From assembly GCA_964658305.1 (NCBI GenBank), contig OZ210885.1, forward strand, positions 2,046,001 to 2,110,000: a DNA stretch of 64,000 bases, written 5' to 3'. Numbering within the stretch: position 1 is the first letter of the stretch; the number at the start of each line of letters is the position of its first letter. This stretch comes from Leptogorgia sarmentosa. Lineage: Eukaryota. The notes under the pieces are model-generated. The model saw nothing but the letters and a program-made list of their open reading frames with translations. It was not told the DNA's origin and searched no databases. The position numbers and the translations under genes were made by a program. Positions 11,938 through 25,676 of the stretch are shown piece after piece.

Positions 11938-14168
11938 TTATATGATACATTGAAACAACAATTTTCATACGAAATTAGGTAGTTTATTAATATATTTATT
12001 AGCAAATAGTTATTGATAATACCCTTTATAATATAAGTAGGGTAAAATCTGCAACGTGATTCGCTAATGAGCGTGCATTATAACAGCGTAATGCACGCAT
12101 CTAGCTGTTAAATTCCTCCCGCGACTCTTTGGTTTGACAAAAAGACAATAAAAATACATATATACTAAAAATACACCCATAAAAAACGCTTGAATTGTTT
12201 GCTTTCGCTCAGCTAAAGGAATAAAGCTGTGTTGCTGCTTGGCAACATTTGAGAACACATTTGATTACATGTAAAGAGAATTGTAATTTTGATCTTCCTA
12301 ACGAAGTTTTTTGTTGCGCTAATATTCTCTTATATTATAAAAGAAATAGAAAAACTCGTCGCGTGCCATTATGCTGTTATAATTGCACTCGGCCAATGTT
12401 GTGAGAATACTCAAGAATCTCGGCTACGCCTCGTGTTTTACGCGTTCTCTCGTATTCTCCCAACATTTCTCTCGTGCATTATAACAGCATAATGGCACGC
12501 GACTCGTTATCTATTTCTTAATTATACAATTTTTCTACTATGACCTCGCTATCCTCCCATTTTTCTAATGACAAAGTCAATACGACAGGGCAGAAAAATT
12601 TCAATACACGACAGGAAACGCCGCCAGCGAATACGCAGGAGGTAAAGTAGCTACTCAGCCTACTCTTGTTTGTATTCAAGCTGCATTTCATGTATGGCAT
12701 TATAAACTCACGAAAGCATTCGGATGTAAAAAGCAATTAGATTTAGAAATGAATTTACTTTGTCGGATAAAATATTGGCTAAGGGGGAGCTTATAAATTT
12801 TCGAGACGAGCCAGCCCCGAAGCTACGAGGAGCTTATTCTTGAGCTCTTAATGTTACAATTTAATTATTATTCATCTTGCATTTATATGGAACTAGTTGG
12901 CACGACTTGGTGAGATCTTGTTTTCTGAACATCAAGTCAAGTCTTGCATGGCAGGCTGAACATTTTACAAATAAACACAATTAGCCTGCATGGCTGTAAA
13001 ATTTGAACATGCATTCACATGATTCAGGTGCAACTTCTAACTCGATATATATATGATACATTGAAACAACAATTTTCATACGAAATTAGGTAGTTTATTA
13101 ATATATTTATTAGCATATAGTTATAGATAATACCCTTTATAATATAAGTAGGGTAAAATCTGCAACGTGATTCGCTAATGAGCGTGCATAATAACAGCGT
13201 AATGCACGCATCTAGCTGTTAAATTCCTCCCGCGACTCTTTGGCTTGACAAAAAGACAATAAAAATACATATATACTAAAAATACATCCATAAAAAAACG
13301 CTTGAATTGTTTGCTTTCGCTCAGCTAAAGGAATAAAGCTGTGTTGCTGCTTGGCAACATTTGAGAACACACTTGATTACATGTAAAGAGAATTGTAATT
13401 TTGATCTTCCTAACGAAGTTTTTTGTTGCGCTAATATTCTCTTATATTATAAAAGAAAATGAAAAACTCGTCGCGTGCCATTATGCTGTTGTAATTGCAC
13501 TCGGCCAATGTTGTGAGAATACTCGAGAATCGCGTAAAACACTCGGCTACGCCTCGTATTTTACGCGATTTTCTCGTATTCTCCCAACATTTCCCTCGTG
13601 CATTATAACAGCATAATGGCACGCGACTCGTTATCTATTTCTTAATTATACAATTTTTCTACTATGACCTCGCCATCCTCCCATTTTTCTAATGACAAAG
13701 TCAATACGACAGGGCAGCAAAATTTCAATACGCGTCAGGAAACGCCGCCAGCGAATACGCAGGAGGTAAAGTTGCTACTCAGCCTACTCTTGTTTGTATT
13801 CAAGATGCATTTCATGTATGGCATTATAAACTCACGAAAGCATTCGGATGTAAAAAGCAATTAGATTTAGAAATGAATTTACTTTGTCGGATAAAATATT
13901 GGCTAAGGGGGAGCTTATAAATTTTCGAGACGAGCCAGCACCGAAGCTACGTGGAGCTTATTCTTGAGCTCTAATGTTAAAATTTAATTATTATTCATCT
14001 TGCATTTATATGGAACTAGTTGGCACGACTTGGTGAGATCTTGTTTTCTGAACATCAAGTCAAGTCTTGCATGGCAGGCTGAACATTTTACAAATAAACA
14101 CAATTAACTTGCATGGCTGTAAAATTTGAACATGCATTCACATGATTCAGGTGCAACTTCTAATTCGA
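11938..14168. repeat. Tandem pair of ~1.1-kb segment X (11938-13047, 13050-14168; third copy 19873-20990) containing a palindromic Crypton-like non-autonomous element
   Basis: Near-identical direct copies starting TATATGATACATTGAAACAAC. Internal long imperfect palindrome centred on CTCGGCTACGCCTCG. Confidence 0.9.
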
Positions 14169-14600
14169 TTACGTACATTAAACAATTGTTGGAGGGTGGG
14201 CGTTGCTTGGAGTGCAACATCTCCGCCCCCTCCAGTTTTGATGTCAATCATGTTTGAAAAGCAATGCAGTAGGTAAATGAAAATTTTTGTTTCAGCTTGA
14301 CAGGGTTTTCTCGTCATGCTGTTGTCCAAATTAAGACCCTCAAAGTATTTCGTTCGTTTATGGCTTTAATCGGCGAATTTTCGCCAGCAATTGTGCGGGT
14401 TAACAAGGAAATGGTCTGATGTAGCTTCGACCCCTATTTCTACTGTTGATAAGTCAAATTTGAAATACACTCCCTACTCATATTGTCAATAACTATACAT
14501 TAAAATTGTGTACATGGATGTTCTTTTCAGATTATTTTGATTATTCAATGGAGAACGGATAACATCGCCTTGCTGGTTATTTTTGGGCTGATGGCTAGGT

Positions 14601-15516
14601 TAGAATAATCTCTGGCAAATAATTATATATATATATACAGTATATTTGAAATCGTAATTGGTGAGTTAATTTACGGACAGCTTATACCAAGTAAAAGAAC
14701 AAAACCAAAATATTAATAATAACTTTTTCCTTCATTTTGTGAAATTATAAATCAGATCTTTGAGTGTAAACCCTAATTTTGAACGACAAACTGCTCCGAT
14801 TGCGTCTAGAATTAGAGCAAGCAGTACAAGTCACGTGATCGATATTATGTATTTATGCATATTTGCACTGGACAACCTTTTTGGGATCGACAGTATCATT
14901 TCATTAAATAAATTACACTGTTTCATAAAAGCTTTCTCTTATTCATCAGTGATGATATCATGCAGATGTGTTTATTAGATTATAATATTTATGGCAATTT
15001 CACAAGTGGATATTATAACTGATTCAGCATTGTATTTTAGTGCTATTGTAGGGTAATTTTCAATGGCGGCAACCCTTATGTATATTATGTTAATCAATTC
15101 TTTGCGTAAATGTAATTATTTAAGTCAGTGATTTTGAAGTGTTACTTTGATGTGAACTTGGCTGTTTGAATATTGGCAAACATCCCGATGCATGTGGTCA
15201 AAAGAGCAATATAACAACTAATCATAGAAAATTGGCAGGAGTAAAAATAACCTTAAACTCGCTTGGTATCATAAGTGGAATCCTTATAGTGGCCCCAACC
15301 AGACTGCGACCGTTACAATTATCTTTAAATTCAAATCATCCATCTTACAATAATAATATTACACTCAAAGATCTGATTTATAATTTCACAAAATGAAGGA
15401 AAAAGTTGTTATTAATACTTCGGTTTTGTTCTTTTACTTGGTATAAGTAAATTAACTCACCTATTACGATTTCAAATATACTGTATATATATAATTATTT
15501 GCCAGAGATTATTCTA
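14601..15516. mobile_element. Non-autonomous TIR element with TAG...CTA ends and 4-bp TSD (Academ-like)
   Basis: ~165-bp TIRs (TAGAATAATCTCTGGCAAAT.../...ATTTGCCAGAGATTATTCTA) flanked by AGGT on both sides. Confidence 0.7.
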
Positions 15517-17398
15517 AGGTGCAGTGATAAGTGAGATTTGTGCTGTGAATAACATACGTAATTCATCATTTTCATATCCGAATTTTGAAATGACATTTGA
15601 GTTTAAGCATAGCTACAACAAAAACGGTTCTCGTACAGTTTACATACTTATCGGGGGAGTATAGGAGGATATTCTCTAAATGTACCCAAAGACAAAGTAG
15701 TCTTGAGAAGGGCAAAATACGTACACTATAGACACATTATGAGTATGGATACATGACATTGTAAGCCAATTAGGCAGCGGCGTAGTAGCAGGGGAAGATG
15801 GAGCCCATGGGTCTATTTAGTGTGGATGGGGGGGGGGGGGCGGTGGCAGTTGACTGTCACGGTTTGACTGTGCTGACTGCTGAAGCCTAGAATTTTTCAT
15901 GATTAGTTCAGAAGCTGTATTTAGTTCATCCCTTTACAGCTGATTGTTTCATTGATCCTTATTTCTTAAATATTAACCTTTTCGTTTCTATGTAAATTTA
16001 GGTCAAGGTTTCTCGATGTCTCGTGGACGGGAAATGCATCATGAAGCATACTTGAAACACGTGTACATAGTCGAGAACAAGTGTACCAAGTCAATTATCT
16101 CTAAAAAGATATTGTAGAAAGTCACTTATCTGGGCATCCTAGTCACGAACAGCAATAAATCACTTCCCAATTGAAACACATTAACTTATAGTAATTTTTT
16201 CGATGAATATTCGTTACCTTAAAATCTCCAATGAGGTATATAATTAAAGTCCCAAACAGCCAACTTTTTATTGAATATCGTTGAAATTCCGGTTAACCTG
16301 TGCCTGAATAATGAAGAGACTAGGAGAGTATAATAATTAATTCTTCCTGTACACAGTTGCTTGAGTTTGTACCGTTTAATTGTTCTTTGATGTATTTCCT
16401 GTGCGTGGCGCATCTTAGTAACGGTATCTTAATTCAAGAGCGATTTTAAGGGCCCTCGATCTGTTTACCCGAAAAGGTTCCGATTGCAACGGTCATTGTA
16501 TTATTTGATATCTGCGTCCCAATTCTCATTAAATATTCATAAATACGGTTGACTTAAATATTCTTCGAGCACAGAAGGTTTCCAGATCTGTTCGAAAGTG
16601 GATCAAAGTGTATCGAGAAAGGATTAAATCAAAGGCAAGTGTTTCTTTAGCTACATGAACTCAATCTCTAGACGTGAGATCGGTTCATGTAAAGTCCACG
16701 TATACTGTATGATTTATTTTTACCCACTTGTAGCATGATTTTTGTCTTAAAATTGAAAACAGCTTAATTCTAATGCTGCAAAAAAGCTATAATAATTAGA
16801 AAATGATAATCGCTAATAATATTTTTTTGGACATTATATAGTTCTGCAAAAGTATCAAGAAAGATGTTGCAAGTTCTACTGGCTGTCTTGCTTGTTCTGC
16901 CCTGTAAGCTTGATGGTGAGTGAACATAATCAGCTTTAGAATTAATTAAATTTTTCTTTTGGCAATTGCCTGTTAACTTAACTGCATGGCTTTGAAGCAA
17001 TCCAACATATGATAACATTCAAGACATGTATTTTTTTATGGAATAATAAATAATCCGCTCCATTTTGTAAACCAAACGTAATAATAATTTATGACAATAT
17101 TTTTATGGCAACGACACTCGATCAAGCTGTTCTAATTACCTGTCGTGGTTGCACAATTAACAGCAAAATCAAGTGTGGGAGGGGATTGGTGGCATGCAAT
17201 TCTTTTACTCAATGTTTTCAATGATTTCATATGTTTTACTTATGCTTTCATATATGTTTTGCTCAATGTTTTATTTTGAAATATGTTTTACTTAAAGTTT
17301 TATTTTCATGTATGTTTTACTTACTCTTTTATTTTCATATATGTTTTACTTGATGTTTTATTTTCATATATCCTTTACTTCATGTTTTATTTCAACAG

Positions 17399-18307
17399 CC
17401 TTGACCTATAATGGTGTTGAGTATCAGGGAATCACAACCAAGAGATCGTGGTCTGACCAGCGTGCTGCCTGCCACAAAATTGGTGTTGGTTGGGGATTGG
17501 CCACTGTGGCAACAGTATCTGACTTCAACGGCTTGAGGGATCACGTCATTCGTCAACTCAGTACGTGTAACATTTTCTTTTCTACAGACATACTGTGCAG
17601 AAAATAATTTATGTAGCCGAGACCAAAGGCATACTTTTTAACTCGGGTTTGTGATGTCCTTTATCAATCGTTTAATTCTCAAAAATGTGTTCTGTCTCTA
17701 AACTATTATTAATTTTTATATCTCAATAATGATACATAATAGTTATGCCAAAAACATAGTTTGCATACCAAATGAAAAACCTGTTTTGTGTGTTTTGGGT
17801 TAACTTACTTTGTAAAAGCCTAAAGTTTTGCTGGACATTTATACACCTTTCACACTTCATGCACACAGGTATGATATAACACAATAGCGAAAAACATCTA
17901 CATTACATGACAGTTCCTGTGCGTTAACTGCGTTTCACCATTTAACCGTACATTTTAAATGACACCAATCAAAATAAAAACGTCCTTGATTGAGTCAACA
18001 AAGTTCGTTGTCACATTTGACACATATTCTGTGTTCTTATCCTATTTTCCTAATATCTTCAGACCTGCACAACAACCAAATCTGGATTGGTGGAACAGAC
18101 ATGATATGTGAGGGACAATGGTTCTGGGAATACAACCTTTCCATAATCAACATAGGCGATTTGAAGCTGAGAGACCATGACGGATTGGGTAACGTAGCCA
18201 ACGAAGATGGCGGCGAAGAAAACTGCATGGAGATGTCCAGGGAATGGGACGGCATCAACGACCGACCTTGTGAGAAACGCTATGTCGCTCTTTGCCAAAA
18301 ATATTAA
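17399..18307 (+). CDS. C-type lectin domain gene, copy 2 (exons 17399-17560, 18063-18307; first exon not found)
   Basis: TTCAACAG|CC acceptor, CTCA|GTACGT donor and TCTTCAG|AC acceptor give an open ~134-aa CTLD (WSDQRAAC, WIGGTD, EENC, INDRPC, LCQKY*). AATAAA lies ~60 nt after the stop. Confidence 0.8.
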
Positions 18308-18797
18308 TATGGCAAAAGACAAAATTTTCCAACTGAAATTCATGTAGCTATACTAATCATGACAGGTTAATAAATCAACTGACCAACAACTCAGAAGTCT
18401 TTTCTATTAGCACACGATTAATGTGCTTTGTATTGTGGGGGGTATTATTGGGGGGGGGGGCAGTATCTCCGCAAACCGCGCATTTTTTTCCTCTTGTTCC
18501 GTCAACCACCCGTCGTTTTCTTGTATAACCGTTACTGCCATGTTTTCCACATGATAAAGCAATAACGACCATCCCTTTTTCTACGAAGTATATTTGAAGC
18601 ATTCAAAAATGCTATGAAGGAGGGATAGTCATACAGATCATCATCGTGTTACATCGCATTAGCAATAGAGACCCCAAGATTGGCGCTTAAGGATAACCGG
18701 AAGCTACAAATCGTACGCATGGGCCACTCTTTAGACCTCTTTAGGCCCCTTAGGACATTGGCACATCAAATTTACTTGGTGAAGTAGCAATTTTAAT

Positions 18798-19495
18798 TAA
18801 ATTTGACTTACCCTCTAAAATAGTAAGTCTTGAAAGTCTTGGATCGAACTCGATACTTGGTTTAATTACATTCCCATCATTGCTTATTTCACAAGGAATT
18901 ACACGAACAATGTCAGATGCAATAAAAGGAGCTGTTTGATTGTTACTCGTAGCCAGCGCTAACTGAAACCAGTGAAAGTGGCTTAAGAACACCAGATTTC
19001 ACAGTATAACCAGCTTGCTCTTTGTTACATACCGATTCTGAAGGACCTCCAAAGTTCATTTTGCATGCATACTTGGATTGCATCGAGGCTTTTTTTCCCC
19101 AGTCCAATGTTCGTAGGTCCCCGGAAAAAATCAACGGCTCGCCTGCCGCCTAAGTGACGGATAGTGTTAAAGAATTCGACAACCTCGCGATCATAAGCAT
19201 GCCATCGATCGTAGAATATTTCAATAACGTCTGAGAGATATTTGTACAGGATTCCATTCCTACTTATCAAACCTCTGCGGATCAAGTCATCGAATTTGCG
19301 ACAAACAGGATCTGCCTTATCCACACTATAGGCACTCCATCGATCATCATCATCAACATCATTAATGTCAGAGTCTAGAGTAAGACCATGCATGGGCAGA
19401 ATTATGGTCTTCCCTTTCGCCTGAGTCAATTGGAATATCTTGATCACTTTCAATGTGTGCGACGTATTCATCCTCACTGGCAAGACGGCTATCAT
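18798..19495 (-). pseudogene. P-element/THAP9-like transposase relic (copy 2)
   Basis: Frameshifted ORFs 19025-19495, 18943-19134 and 18750-18992 carry the same motifs as 7774-8277. Confidence 0.5.
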
Positions 19496-19588
19496 CTGTA
19501 TCCAATCCTATGTCATTTGAACTTGAATCTCGCGATCATAAGCATGACATCGATCGTAGAATATTTCAATAACGTCTATATATATTGT

Positions 19589-19855
19589 CTGTCGATCCCA
19601 AAAAGTTTGTCCAGTGCAAATATGTATAAATACATACATATCGATCACGTAACTTGTACTGCGTGCTGTAATTTTAGCCGAAATCGTAGCAGTTTGTCGT
19701 TCAAATTTTGGTGGAGGTCTTAGCGTCACTCTGACTATTGATGTTGATACCGAAATAATAATAAATAGCAGATTGGAGCTATTTTTTACTTGATCACGTG
19801 ATCGATATATGTATTTATATATATTTGCACTGGACAACCTTTTTGGGATTGGCTG
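19589..19855. mobile_element. Small hairpin MITE at the junction of the tandem units
   Basis: ~65-bp inverted repeats (CTGTCGATCCCAAAAAGTTTGTCCAGTGCAAAT / ATTTGCACTGGACAACCTTTTTGGGATTGGCTG) in TA-rich flanks. A related half-copy lies at 14775-14895. Confidence 0.6.
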
Positions 19856-21421
19856 TTTATTTATATATATATATATGATACAATGAAACAACAATTTTCA
19901 TACGAAATTAGGTAGTTTATTAATATATTTATTAGCATATAGTTATAGATAATACCCTTTATAATATAAGTTGGGTAAAATCTGCAACGTGATTGGCTAA
20001 TGAGCGTGCATTATAACAACGTAATGCACGCATCTAGCTGTTAAATTCCTCCCGCGACTCTTTGGTTTGACAAAAAGACAATAAAAATACATATATACTA
20101 AAAATACACCCATAAAAAACGCTTGAATTGTTTGCTTTCGCTCAGCTAAAGGAATAAAGCTGTGTTGCTGCTTGGCAACATTTGAGAACACACTTGATTA
20201 CATGTAAAGAGAATTGTAATTTTGATCTTCCTAACGAAGTTTTTTGTTGCGCTAATATTCTCTTATATTATAAAAGAAAAAGAAAAACTCGTCGCGTGCC
20301 ATTATGCTGTTGTAATTGCACTCGGCCAATGTTGTGAGAATACTCGAGAATCGCGTAAAACACTCGGCTACGCCTCGTGTTTTACGCGATTCTCTCGTAT
20401 TCTCCCAACATTTCCCTCGTGCATTATAACAGCATAATGGCACGCGACTCGTGATCTATTTCTTAATTATACAATTTTTCTACTATGACCTCGCTATCCT
20501 CCCATTTTTCTAATGACAAAGTCAATACGACAGGGCAGAAAAATTTCAATACACGACAGGAAACGCCGCCAGCGAATACGCAGGAGGTAAAGTAGCTACT
20601 CAGCCTACTCTTGTTTGTTTTCAAGCTGCATTTCATATATGGCATTATAAACTCACGAAAGCATTCGGATGTAAAAAGCAATTAGATTTAGAAATGAATT
20701 TACTTTGTCGGATAAAATATTGGCTTAGGGGGAGCTTATAAATTTTCGAGACGAGCCAGCACCGAAGCTACGTGGAGCTTATTCTTGAGCTCTAATGTTA
20801 CAATTTAATTATTATTCATCTTGCATTTATATGGAACTAGTTGGCACGACTTGGTGAGATCTTGTTTTCTGAACATCAAGTCAAGTCTTGCATGGCAGGC
20901 TGAACATTTTACAAATAAACACAATTAGCCTGCATGGCTGTAAAATTTGAACATGCATTCACATGATTCAGGTGCAACTTCTAATTCGATTACGTACATT
21001 AAACAATTGTTGGAGGGTGGGCGTTGCTTGGAGTGCAACATCTCCGCCCCTTCCTGTTTTGATGTCAATCATGTTTGAAAAGCAATGCAGTAGGTAAATG
21101 AAAATTTTTGTTTCAGCTTGACAGGGTTTTCTCGTCATGCTGTTGTCTAAATTAAGACCCTCAAAGTATTTCGTTCGTTTATGGCTTTAATCGGCGAATT
21201 TTCGCCAGCAATTGTGCGGGTTAACAAGGAAATGGTCTGATGTAGCTTCGACCCCTATTTCTACTGTTGATAAGTCAAATTTGAAATACACTCCCTACTC
21301 ATATTGACAATAACTATACATTAAAATTGTGTACATGGATGTTCTTTTCAGATTATTTTGATTATTCAATGGAGAACGGATAACATCGCCTTGCTGGTTA
21401 TTTTTGGGCTGATGGCTAGGT

Positions 21422-22336
21422 TAGAATCTCTGGCAAATAATTATATATTATATATACAGTATATTTGAAATCGTAATTGGTGAGTTAATTTACGGAACAG
21501 CTTATACCAAGTAAAAGAACAAAACCAAAATATTAATAATAACTTTTTCCTTCATTTTGTGAAATTATAAATCAGATCTTTGAGTGTAAACCCTAATTTT
21601 GAACGACAAACTGCTCCGATTGCGGCTAGAATTAGAGCAAGCAGTACAAGTCACGTGATCGATATTATGTATTTATACATATTTGCACTGGACAACCTTT
21701 TTGGGATCGACAGTATTATTTCAATAAATAAATTACACTGTTTCATAAAAGCTTTCTCTTATTCATCAGTGATGATATCATACAGATGTGTTTATTAGAT
21801 TATAATATTTATGGCAATTTCACAAGTGGATATTATAACTGATTCAGCATTGTATTTTAGTGCTATTGTAGGGTAATTTTCAATGGCGGCAACCCTTATG
21901 TATATTATGTTAATCAATTCTTTGCGTAAATGTAATTATTTAAGTCAGTGATTTTGAAGTGTTACTTTGATGTGAACTTGGCTGTTTGAATATTGGCAAA
22001 CATCCCGATGCATGTGGTCAAAAGAGCAATATAACAACTAATCATAGAAAATTGGCAGGAGTAAAAATAACCTTAAACTCGCTTGGTATCATAAGTGGAA
22101 TCCTTATAGTGGCCCCAACCAGACTGCGACCGTTACAATTATCTTTAAATTCAAATCATCCATCTTACAATAATAATATTACACTCAAAGATCTGATTTA
22201 TAATTTCACAAAATGAAGGAAAAAGTTGTTATTAATACTTCGGTTTTGTTCTTTTACTTGGTATAAGTAAATTAACTCACCTATTACGATTTCAAACATA
22301 CTGTATATATATAATTATTTGCCAGAGATTTTTCTA
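21422..22336. mobile_element. Academ-like non-autonomous TIR element (duplicate of 14601-15516)
   Basis: Same TIRs and AGGT TSD. Confidence 0.7.
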
Positions 22337-24207
22337 AGGTGCAGTGATAAGTGAGATTTGTGCAGTGATTCATCATTTTCATATCCGAATTTTGAAATGA
22401 CATTTGAGTTTAAGCATAGCTACAACAAAAACGGTTCTCGTACAGTTTACATACTTATCGGGGGAGTATAGGAGCATATTCTCTAAATGTAGCCAAAGAC
22501 AAAGTAGTCTTGAGAAGGGCAAAATACGTACACTATAGACACATTATGAGTATGGATACATGACATTGTAAGCCAATTAGGCAGTGGCGTAGTAGCAGGG
22601 GAAGATGGAGCCCATGGGTCTATTTAGTGCGGATAGGGGGGGGGGGGGGCGGTGGCAGTTGACCGTCACGGTTTGACTGTGCTGACTGCTGAAGCCTAGA
22701 ATTTTTCATGATTAGTTCAGAAGCTGTATTTAGTTTATCCCTTTACAGCTGATTGTTTCATTGATTCTTATTTCTTAAATATTAACCTTTTCGTTTCTAT
22801 GTAAATTTAGGTCAAGGTTTCTCGATGTCTCGTAGACGGGAAATGCATCATGAAGCATACTTGAAACACGTGTACATAGTCGAGAACAAGTGTACCAAGT
22901 CAATTATCTCTAAACAGATATTGTAGAAAGTCACTTATCTGGGCATCCTAGTCACGAACAGCAATAAATCACTTCCCAATTGAAACACATTAACTTATAG
23001 TAATTTTTTCGATGAATATTCGTTACCTTAAAATCTCCAATGAGGTATATAATTAAAGTCCCAAACAGCCAACTTTTTATTGAATATCGTTGAAATTCTG
23101 GTTAACCTGTGCCTGAATAATGAAGAGACTAGGAGAGTATAATAATTAATTCTTCCTGTACACAGTTGCTTGAGTTTGTACCGTTTAAGTGTTCTTTGAT
23201 GTATTTCCTGTGCGTGGCGCATCTTAGAAACGTTATCTTAATTCAAGAGCGACTTTAAGGGCCCTCGATCTGTTTACCCGAAAAGGTTCCGATTGCAACG
23301 GTCATTGTATTATTTGATATCTGCGCCCCAATTCTCATTAAATATTCATAGATACGGTTGACTTAAATATTCTTCGAGCACAGAAGGTTTTCAGATCTAT
23401 TCGAAAGTGGATCAAAGTGTATCGAGAGAGGATTAAATCAAAGGCAAGTGTTTCTTTAGCTACATGAGCTCAATCCCTAGACGTGAGATCGGTTCATGTA
23501 AAGTCCACGTATACTGTATGATTTATTTTTACCCACTTGTAGCATGATTTTTGTCTTAAAATTGAAAACAGCTGAATTCTAATGCTGCAAAAAAGCTATA
23601 ATAATTAGAAAATGATAATCGCTAATAATATTTTTTTGGACATTATATAGTTCTGCAAAAGTATCAAGAAAGATGTTGCAAGTTCTACTGGCTGTCTTGC
23701 TTGTCCTGCCCTTTAAGCTTGATGGTGAGTGAACATAATCAGCTTTGGAATTAATTAAATTTTTCATTTGGCAATTGCCTGTTAACTTAACTGCATGGCT
23801 TTGAAGCAATCCAACATATGATAACATTCAAGACATGTATTTTTTTATGGAATAATAAATAATCCGCTCCATTTTGTAAACCAAACGTAATAATAATTGA
23901 TGACAATATTTTTATGGCAACGACACTCGATCAAGCTGTTCTAATTACCTGTCGTGGTTGCACAATTAACAGCAAAATCAAGTGTGGGAGGGGATTGGTG
24001 GCATGCAATTCTTTTACTCAATGTTTTCAATGATTTCATATGTTTTACTTATGCTTTCATATATGTTTTGCTCAATGTTTTATTTTGAAATATGTTTTAC
24101 TTAAAGTTTTATTTTCATGTATGTTTTACTTACTGTTTTATTTTCATATATGTTTTACTTAATGTTTTATTTTCATATATCCTTTACCTCATGTTTTATT
24201 TCAACAG

Positions 24208-25107
24208 CCTTGACCTATAATGGTGTTGAGTATCAGGGAATCACAACCAAGAGATCGTGGTCTGACCAGCGTGCTGCCTGCCACCAAATTGGTGTTGGTT
24301 GGGGATTGGCCACTGTGGCAACAGTATCTGACTTCAACGGCTTGAGGGATCACGTCATTCGTCAACTCAGTACGTGTAACATTTTCTTTTCTACAGACAT
24401 ACTGTGCAGAAAATAATTTATGTAGCCGAGACCAAAGGCATACTTTTTAACTCGGGTTTGTGATGTCCTTTATCAATCGTTTAATTCTCAAAAATGTGTT
24501 TTCTGTCTCTAAACTATTATTAATTTTTATATCTCAATAATGATACATAATAGTTATGCCAAAAACATAGTTTGCATACAAAATGAAAAACCTGTTTTGT
24601 GTGTTTTGGGCTAACTTACTTTGCAAAAGCCTAAAGTTTTGCTGGACATTTATACACCTTTCACACTTCATGCACACAGGTATGATATAATACAATAGCG
24701 AAAAACATCTACATTACATGACAGTTCCTGTGCGTTTCACCATTTAACCGTACATTTTAAATGACACCAATAAATAAAAACGTCCTTGATTGAGTCAACA
24801 AAGTTTGTTGTCACATTTGACACATATTCTGTGTTCTTATCCTATTTTCCTAATATCTTCAGACCTGCACAACAACCAAATCTGGATTGGTGGAACAGAC
24901 ATGATATGTGAGGGACAATGGTTCTGGGAATACAACCTTTCCATAATCAACATAGGCGATTTGAAGCTGAGAGACCATGACGGATTGGGTAACGTAGCCA
25001 ACGAAGATGGCGGCGAAGAAAACTGCATGGAGATGTCCAGGGAATGGGACGGCATCAACGACCGACCTTGTGAGAAACGCTATGTCGCTCTTTGCCAAAA
25101 ATATTAA
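24208..25107 (+). CDS. C-type lectin domain gene, copy 3 (exons 24208-24369, 24863-25107)
   Basis: Same splice sites and open frame as copy 2, with one K/Q difference. Confidence 0.8.
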
Positions 25108-25676
25108 TATGGCAACAGACAAAATTTTCCCACTGAAATTCATGTAGCTATACTAATCATGACAGGTTAATAAATCAACTGACCAACAACTCAGAAGTCT
25201 TTTCGATTAGCACACGATTAATGTGCTTTCTATTGTGGGGGCGTATTATTGGGGGGGGGGGGGGGGGGGCGGGGGGGCAGTATTTCCGCAAACCGCGCAT
25301 TTTTTTCCTCTTGTTCCGTCAACCACCCGTCGTTTTCTTGTATAACCGTTACTGCCATGTTTTCCACATTATAAAGCAATAACGACCATCCCTTTTTCTA
25401 CGAAGTATATTTGAAGCATTCAAAAATGCTATGAAGGAGGGATAGTCATACAGATCTTCTTCGTGTTACATCGCATTAGCAATAGAGACCCCAAGATTGA
25501 CGGTTAAGGATAACCGGAAGCTACAAATCGTAGGTATGGGCCACACTTTAGACCTCTTTAGGCCCCTTAGGACATTGCCACATCAAATTTACTTGGTGAA
25601 GAAACCTTCCTGGATTTTATGCGAACTACAGTACGTTTGTAATTCGAGGGTTGCCTTTAGTAAGTAGTAATTTTAT

